From an uncultured Pelagibacteraceae bacterium (GTDB lineage Bacteria; Pseudomonadota; Alphaproteobacteria; Pelagibacterales; AG-422-B15): DNA of 64,000 nucleotides. Positions 58,578-64,000 of this stretch are shown one piece after another; position 1 is the stretch's first letter, and the number at the start of each line of letters is the position of its first letter. Made by a program: the position numbers and the translations under genes. The DNA lies in contig CACNXQ010000005.1 of assembly GCA_902624455.1 (NCBI GenBank), positions 1,340 to 65,339 of the forward strand, given 5' to 3'. The notes under the pieces were generated by a model, which ran no database searches, had not been told where the DNA came from, and was given only the letters and a program-made list of their open reading frames with translations.

Positions 58578-60695
58578 ATGAGAAAAACATCAATATTTGT
58601 AATTCTTTCTTTTTTATCTGTCACAATCCTGCATGCAGAAATCGTACCAGTTAAGAAATCAACTACACTGGAAGCATATTTGTTTACTGAATTCAGTTAC
58701 CCTATAAAAAGACCATCTCAGCCACTTTTATCTCAGATTTTATCTAACAAAGATTATGAATTATTTGAACTTGCTCTAAAAAAAGCAGACGATTTTAAGT
58801 GGGAAAGAGTAAATGGAATAAAAAGTAACATAAATGACGACTTAGCAAAAGAAGTCATAGATTGGATAAGATACTACAATGGCGCTTCAGATTTGAACTT
58901 TGCAAATTATAGAAACTATATCAAATCAAATCTACATTGGCCTGAAATCGATCAAATTCACTTAAGAGCTGAAAGCAAAATAACTTTTAGGGATGATTAT
59001 AATGAAATTATTAATTTCTTTATTGAAAATGAGCCTAAAAGTGGATGGGGCAAGATTTATCTAGGAAATGCACTACTTAACTCTGGTAAAAACTCAGAAG
59101 GCAGTGAGCTAATTAAGGAAGGATATATAAACGGTCAATTTTCAAGAAGTGAACAGTCTCAGATTATAAAAAATTTTAAATCAATTATTTCACAAGACGA
59201 CCATAAAAAAAGAATTGATTCTTTACTATGGGATGGCAAATACCGGACAGCCAGCAGACTTATAAAATATGTCAACAAAGATTACCAACGGCTATATGAA
59301 GCAAGAATTGGTCTAATCTCTTTCGCTGGCGGAGTAGATGAATTAATAAAAAAAGTACCAGCAGAATTAAAAAATGATGCAGGGTTAGTTCATGATCGAA
59401 TAAAATGGCGAGTAAAGAAAAGAAAATACGATACAGCGTTAGAATTATTATTCGATATAAATAAGAAAAACTCCGACTATTTGAGAAGACCTGACAGATT
59501 TTGGAAACTTAAAAGCTTTCTGATCCGTAAGCTTATAGATCAGCATGAATACAAAGAGGCTTATAATTTAGCTATTAACCACGGTTTAACTGAAAGCAAA
59601 GACATCGCGGAAGCTGAATGGCTGGCTGGATGGTTAAGTTTCTCATTTTTAAAGGAACCAGAAACTTCGTTCATACATTTTAGTAAAATCTGGGATGTAT
59701 CTTCTAGGCCAATTTCAAAAGCTAGAGCAGCTTATTGGATGGGTGAGTCATTGAGTGAAATTGGAAGAGTGGAAGATGCTGAAAAGTGGTACGAGGAAGC
59801 TTCAAGATATAGTTTAACTTTTTATGGACAGATTGCAGCAACAAAACTTCCTATAAACAAGAATTTCAATCCTTCACTTACAATAAGGAAAACACTTACA
59901 ACTGAAAAGAGAGATTTATATAAAGATATATTTTTGGCAGTTTCATTATTAGATGAATTTGATAAAACTAAATTAGTAAAAAAATTCTTAAGGGATCTTG
60001 CTGACCGAGAAGATAAAGAAATCTCAGTTTATGCAATGAGTTTAGCTTCTGATATTGGGCGAAATGACTTTGCAGTTCAGACTGGTAAAATTTATTATTA
60101 TAAAAATACAGAATTAGACCCTTTAAGTTTTCCAGAAGTACAAAGACCAAATTTTGGTAAAATAATTTTTCCTAAACAGTCACTGATACACTCAGTAATA
60201 AGACAAGAAAGCCAATTTGATCCAAAAGCAGGAAGTTACGCTGGAGCAAAAGGATTGATGCAACTCATGCCATACACAGCAAAGAGGGTCTCTAAAGGTT
60301 TAAGGCTAGATTATACAAAATCAAAATTAACAAATGATCCTGATTATAATGTTATTCTTGGAAGTGCTTACCTAGATAAACTTTTATCCAACTACAACGG
60401 ATCATATATCCTTTCTCTTGCAGCGTACAATGCGGGGGAATCTAGGGTATCAAGATGGATTAAAAAATATGGTGATCCCCGTAAAGATGATATTTCTTCA
60501 GAAAACTGGATTGAATTAATCCCTTTTAAAGAAACAAGAAATTATGTTCAAAGAGTAATAGAAAATATTCAAGTATATGAGTTTATAGAAAATAATTTTA
60601 AAGAAATTGAATACTCAATCGATAGCAATCTTAAAAGAGGATACATCGGCGGGAAAACAATTATCAAACCAACTAAAAAAACTGAGCAATCATAA
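58578..60695 (+). CDS. Soluble lytic murein transglycosylase (Slt70-like)
   Basis: 705 aa. Signal peptide, superhelical N-terminal region, C-terminal SLT domain with catalytic Glu (IRQESQFDPKAGSYAGAKGLMQLMP, AYNAG). Confidence 0.86.
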   Translation: MRKTSIFVILSFLSVTILHAEIVPVKKSTTLEAYLFTEFSYPIKRPSQPLLSQILSNKDYELFELALKKADDFKWERVNGIKSNINDDLAKEVIDWIRYYNGASDLNFANYRNYIKSNLHWPEIDQIHLRAESKITFRDDYNEIINFFIENEPKSGWGKIYLGNALLNSGKNSEGSELIKEGYINGQFSRSEQSQIIKNFKSIISQDDHKKRIDSLLWDGKYRTASRLIKYVNKDYQRLYEARIGLISFAGGVDELIKKVPAELKNDAGLVHDRIKWRVKKRKYDTALELLFDINKKNSDYLRRPDRFWKLKSFLIRKLIDQHEYKEAYNLAINHGLTESKDIAEAEWLAGWLSFSFLKEPETSFIHFSKIWDVSSRPISKARAAYWMGESLSEIGRVEDAEKWYEEASRYSLTFYGQIAATKLPINKNFNPSLTIRKTLTTEKRDLYKDIFLAVSLLDEFDKTKLVKKFLRDLADREDKEISVYAMSLASDIGRNDFAVQTGKIYYYKNTELDPLSFPEVQRPNFGKIIFPKQSLIHSVIRQESQFDPKAGSYAGAKGLMQLMPYTAKRVSKGLRLDYTKSKLTNDPDYNVILGSAYLDKLLSNYNGSYILSLAAYNAGESRVSRWIKKYGDPRKDDISSENWIELIPFKETRNYVQRVIENIQVYEFIENNFKEIEYSIDSNLKRGYIGGKTIIKPTKKTEQS

Positions 60696-60702
60696 AATAA
60701 AA

Positions 60703-61728
60703 TTACGACTCTAAGATCTTTGATGTCTCTTTAGCAATTAAAATACATGCATTTTCTGCAGCTTTAGAAATTCGACTTAATAAAAGAAAACTGTGACATA
60801 AATCTGGAAAAAAATGATAAATAATACTGTTTCCACTTTCTTTTAAAGTTTGTGCAAATAGTTTACCTTGATCACGAATTGGATCAAAACCTGCAATTGC
60901 TACTATTGATGGTGGTAAGTTTTTAAGATTTTGCTCTAAGGGATTAGCCCAAGGATGCTCTATGTTTTTTCCGTTGGGAAAAACATTCAATTCAAAAAAA
61001 TCAATTGTTTCTTTTGTGAGCGGGAATGTTTCAGCGCAACTTGAAAGTGAGGGTTGATTCTCTTTTTTTGTACTTATCCATGGGTAGACTAATAATAAAC
61101 CAGCCGGCTGAATACCGCCCCTATCTCTAATTAAAAGACTCATAGTAGCAGATATCATTCCTCCAGCACTATCACCTGCTAGCATTACCTTCTTATTGTC
61201 AATCCCCAAAGTCTTTGAATGTTCTTGAACAAGATCCCAAAGGGCAAGGGAGTCTTCTATTGGTGTTGGAAAATTTACTTCTGGGCATCTTCTATAATCA
61301 AGAGAAATTACTTTTGCATTACATTCTTTTGACAACAATGAACAGAAATAATTATCAGTAAGATGGTCCATAATTACCATTCCACCTTGATGGAAAAAAA
61401 GTATTACTGGAGCCATGTCAGTGCAAGTTTTTGAAGTATATATTCTAGCTTTTAATTCATTACTATTCAGCATGAAAGTTCTATCTTCTATGCTAACTCC
61501 TTTACAGATTGGTAAATCTAAATTTGAGAGTAATTTTGCTCCTCTTCGATACTCTTGAACGTCAGATTTGTATTTATCTATATTTGGCTGTGCTAATTTT
61601 GAAATTATCTGCAGGTTAATATCAAGTTCATTACCATCAATTATAACTGGTTTACCTGCTATATTTTTTAATAGTTTTTTCGGAAGATATTTTAAAATAC
61701 TAACTATTATGTTTTGAAAACTTATCAT
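60703..61728 (-). CDS. Alpha/beta hydrolase, hormone-sensitive-lipase-family esterase
   Basis: Oxyanion FFHQGG and nucleophile elbow GDSAGG. The start is taken at the first ATG after tRNA-Ser (MISFQNII...). The track ORF (to 61791) reads into the tRNA. Confidence 0.8.
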   Translation of the reverse strand: MISFQNIIVSILKYLPKKLLKNIAGKPVIIDGNELDINLQIISKLAQPNIDKYKSDVQEYRRGAKLLSNLDLPICKGVSIEDRTFMLNSNELKARIYTSKTCTDMAPVILFFHQGGMVIMDHLTDNYFCSLLSKECNAKVISLDYRRCPEVNFPTPIEDSLALWDLVQEHSKTLGIDNKKVMLAGDSAGGMISATMSLLIRDRGGIQPAGLLLVYPWISTKKENQPSLSSCAETFPLTKETIDFFELNVFPNGKNIEHPWANPLEQNLKNLPPSIVAIAGFDPIRDQGKLFAQTLKESGNSIIYHFFPDLCHSFLLLSRISKAAENACILIAKETSKILES

Positions 61729-61742
61729 TATTTGATTTTGTA

Positions 61743-61836
61743 TGGCGGAGAGAGAGGGATTCGAACCCTCGGTACGGGTATAAGCCCGCACAACTCCTTA
61801 GCAGGGAGCCGGTTTCAACCACTCACCCATCTCTCC
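61743..61836 (-). tRNA. tRNA-Ser (GCT)
   Basis: Reverse complement GGAGAGATGGGTGAGTGGTTGAAACCGGCTCCCTGCTAAGGAG...long variable arm...GAGGGTTCGAATCCCTCTCTCTCCGCCA. Anticodon loop CTGCTAA. Confidence 0.93.
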
Positions 61837-61945
61837 TAAAGCATTAAGTTTTAAGTAGTTAAACAAATGCTTTATTCTTTTTCTATACTTATAGTTCAAT
61901 AATATCTAGTCTTTTAGTAAGTAAAAAATAATCTTATTCTTAAAT

Positions 61946-63154
61946 ATGGTTCAAGGATACTGTCACGAAAAATTTGCTATTGTAAGGGAAATATTTGAGA
62001 AAAATATAAACACTGGCTTTGAAAGAGGGGCAGCTGTTGCGATAGAATTAGAAGGTGAAAAAGTAGTAGATTTATGGGGTGGTATTGATAATGATGAAAA
62101 GGAAACGTCGTGGCAAAAAGATACAATTGTAAATGTATTTTCCACTACAAAAGGAATAGCAGCAATATGTCTTTTACAGCTCGTAGAAGAAGAAAAAATT
62201 AAATTAGTTGATCCAGTCTCTAAGTACTGGCCAGAATTTGCTCAAAACGGAAAAGAAAATATTCCAATTATTTACCTTCTCAACCATCAATCAGGACTAT
62301 GTGGTATTACTAAGCCACTACCAGAGAATGCTTTTGAAAATTGGGATCTTATCGTTGATAGTCTAGCTAAACAAAAACCACAATGGAAGCCAGGCACTTT
62401 GCACGGTTATCACGCGTTAACTTTTGGACACTTAATTGGTGAAATATTAAGAAGAGTTACTGGTGAAACATTGGGCCAATATTTTAGTCGTAAAATAGCA
62501 AAGCCACTTGGATTAGAATTCTATATAGGATTACCAGATGAAAAATTTGATAATGTTACTGACATTCAACCGATCATATTCTCAAAATTTATCAAAATGA
62601 TGGTACCTCTAATTCAAGCAATACCAAAATCTCTTCTTACGCACGATTTAGCATTTGCTAAGGATTTCAAAAATCCACAAACTATATCTGGGTCAGCTTT
62701 TTCAAATCCTGATTTCGAATTTGAGATACCATTTCGTCCTAATTCAAAACAATGGAGGAAAGCTGAAATACCTGCTGCGAATGGACATAGTGATGCCCGT
62801 TCAATTTCTAAATTATACGGAATACTAGCAAATGGTGGTTCTAGAGATGGCATACATGTTTTAGATAAAAAAACGATTGAACAAGCAAGACAAACAAGTT
62901 CTGAGGGGAAAGATTTAGTTTTGGGCAATCTTAATACACGATTTGGACATGGCTTCATGTTAGGAAGTAAACACATTTCAATGGGTCCGAATAGAGATGC
63001 CTTTGGTCATGGTGGAGCTGGGGGATCATTGGGTTTTGCAGATCCTGATCACCATGTCTCTTTAGGATTTGTAATGAATCAAATGCATCCAGGAGTTACA
63101 GCTTGGGAAACAGCAATCGAACTTGTGACAAAAGTTTATGAAATTAAGAAATAA
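61946..63154 (+). CDS. Serine hydrolase of the class C beta-lactamase / EstB esterase family
   Basis: 402 aa. S-x-x-K motif FSTTKG, a Tyr motif region, C-terminal HGGAGGS. Confidence 0.85.
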   Translation: MVQGYCHEKFAIVREIFEKNINTGFERGAAVAIELEGEKVVDLWGGIDNDEKETSWQKDTIVNVFSTTKGIAAICLLQLVEEEKIKLVDPVSKYWPEFAQNGKENIPIIYLLNHQSGLCGITKPLPENAFENWDLIVDSLAKQKPQWKPGTLHGYHALTFGHLIGEILRRVTGETLGQYFSRKIAKPLGLEFYIGLPDEKFDNVTDIQPIIFSKFIKMMVPLIQAIPKSLLTHDLAFAKDFKNPQTISGSAFSNPDFEFEIPFRPNSKQWRKAEIPAANGHSDARSISKLYGILANGGSRDGIHVLDKKTIEQARQTSSEGKDLVLGNLNTRFGHGFMLGSKHISMGPNRDAFGHGGAGGSLGFADPDHHVSLGFVMNQMHPGVTAWETAIELVTKVYEIKK

Positions 63155-63161
63155 AATATTT

Positions 63162-64000
63162 TTAAATCTTTAATTTTTCTTTTAAAAATTCATTCAAAAG
63201 TTTTGGGTTTGCTTTTCCTTTAGAGAGTTTCATTGCTTCGCCAACAAAAAAACCAAATAACTTATCTTTTCCATTTTTATATTTTTCTACATTGTCAGGA
63301 TTTGCTGATAGAACCTCATCTACTAGTTTTTCTAGCTCTCCTTGATCACTAATTTGTGATAAACCTTTAACTGATATAATTTCACCAGCTGATTTACCTG
63401 TCTCACACATTTCTTCAAAAATATCTTTTGCAAGCCTGTTTGAAATTTTTCCACTTTCTATGTTATCTATTAATTCACCTAATTGACCAGCAGATACGGG
63501 AGTTTCACTAATAGAAAGGTTTTTTTTATTTAAGACTGAAAAAAGCTCACTGGTTACCCATGTTGTAACAAGTTTAGGGTTCCTTTCTTTTACGACTTCC
63601 TCGTAGTAATCACTAATAGCTCTATCAGAGACTATTACACCCGCATCATAGTCACTTAAGTTATATTCTTTTACTAATCTATCTTTCTTCTGATCAGGTA
63701 GTTCCGGTATCGTCTTTTTTATATTTTCAATCCATGTGTCTTCAATTATTAGTGGCAATAAATCTGGGTCTGGAAAATATCGATAATCGTGCGCGTCTTC
63801 CTTAGATCGCATAGATCGTGTTTCTCCAGAATCAATATTATACAATCTTGTCTCTTGATGTATGCTTTCTCCTGACTCAATTAATCTAATTTGTCTCTTT
63901 GCTTCGTAAATAATTGCAGAGTGAATAAATTTAAAAGAGTTTAAATTCTTGATCTCGCACCTTGTACCAAAACTGTCTCCTGGTTTATTTACTGATACAT
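63162..64000 (-). CDS. gatB: Aspartyl/glutamyl-tRNA amidotransferase subunit B, C-terminal part (gene continues past window end)
   Basis: The frame stays open from 63845 to 64000 in my own translation (...GTRCEIKNLNSFKFIHSAIIYEAKRQIRLIESGESIHQETRLYNIDSGETRSMRSKEDAHDYRYFPDPDL). The track start at 63845 is an internal TTG. The C-terminal GatB/YqeY domain is present. Confidence 0.93.
   Translation of the reverse strand, partial: VSVNKPGDSFGTRCEIKNLNSFKFIHSAIIYEAKRQIRLIESGESIHQETRLYNIDSGETRSMRSKEDAHDYRYFPDPDLLPLIIEDTWIENIKKTIPELPDQKKDRLVKEYNLSDYDAGVIVSDRAISDYYEEVVKERNPKLVTTWVTSELFSVLNKKNLSISETPVSAGQLGELIDNIESGKISNRLAKDIFEEMCETGKSAGEIISVKGLSQISDQGELEKLVDEVLSANPDNVEKYKNGKDKLFGFFVGEAMKLSKGKANPKLLNEFLKEKLKI

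Noticed and set aside
61838-61873. 8-bp inverted repeat AAAGCATT ... AATGCTTT with a 20-nt loop, directly upstream of the tRNA-Ser 5' end.
   Set aside because: The AT-rich stem and long loop predict very weak stability. There is no upstream plus-strand gene for it to terminate. Such a repeat is easily produced by chance in DNA this AT-rich.

Overview
Very AT-rich and extremely compact chromosomal segment. It holds about 72 protein-coding genes, 6 tRNA genes (Cys-GCA, Asn-GTT, Arg-TCT, Pro-TGG, Glu-TTC, Ser-GCT, all with encoded CCA), one clear TPP riboswitch and one clear intrinsic terminator in 64 kb. Only about five intergenic gaps exceed 100 bp, and many neighbouring genes overlap by 1, 4, 8, 11 or 17 nt. 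Several alphaproteobacterial hallmark genes are present: a PopZ/DUF2497-like gene next to valS, an NDUFS4-like complex I subunit, a Cbp3-like chaperone, DUF2842 beside ctaA, an ihfA-merR pair, and an AapJQMP-type general amino-acid ABC transporter. These point to a streamlined marine alphaproteobacterium, most plausibly Pelagibacterales (SAR11). That taxonomic call is inference, since no search was possible. The content is overwhelmingly housekeeping: ilvD, valS, recJ, glpX, hom, argC, rpsI-rplM, metY, ctaA, plsX, hppA, the nusB-rib operon, nrdR, glyA, rpiB, hemB, parC, recO-era-rnc-lepB-acpS-pdxJ-pyrE-spoT, folK, smpB, dapA, slt and gatB. I found no integrases, transposases, CRISPR arrays, toxin-antitoxin pairs, recognisable defence genes or multi-gene blocks of unknown function, so I do not think this window hides a large novel system. 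The best leads are small. (1) A TPP-riboswitch-controlled thiB-thiP pair lacks thiQ and is overlapped by an NhaD-type transporter gene. (2) A COG3046 (FeS-BCP-type) photolyase/cryptochrome lacks the four-Cys cluster signature and is translationally coupled to a 45-aa zinc-ribbon ORF. (3) A minimal PopZ-like protein. (4) An orphan wHTH+TPR protein is bracketed by two tRNA genes. (5) The gene architecture is unusual: three tRNAs sit 7-14 nt upstream of same-strand start codons, three tRNAs abut convergent stop codons, and three head-to-head gene pairs have start codons 0-8 bp apart.
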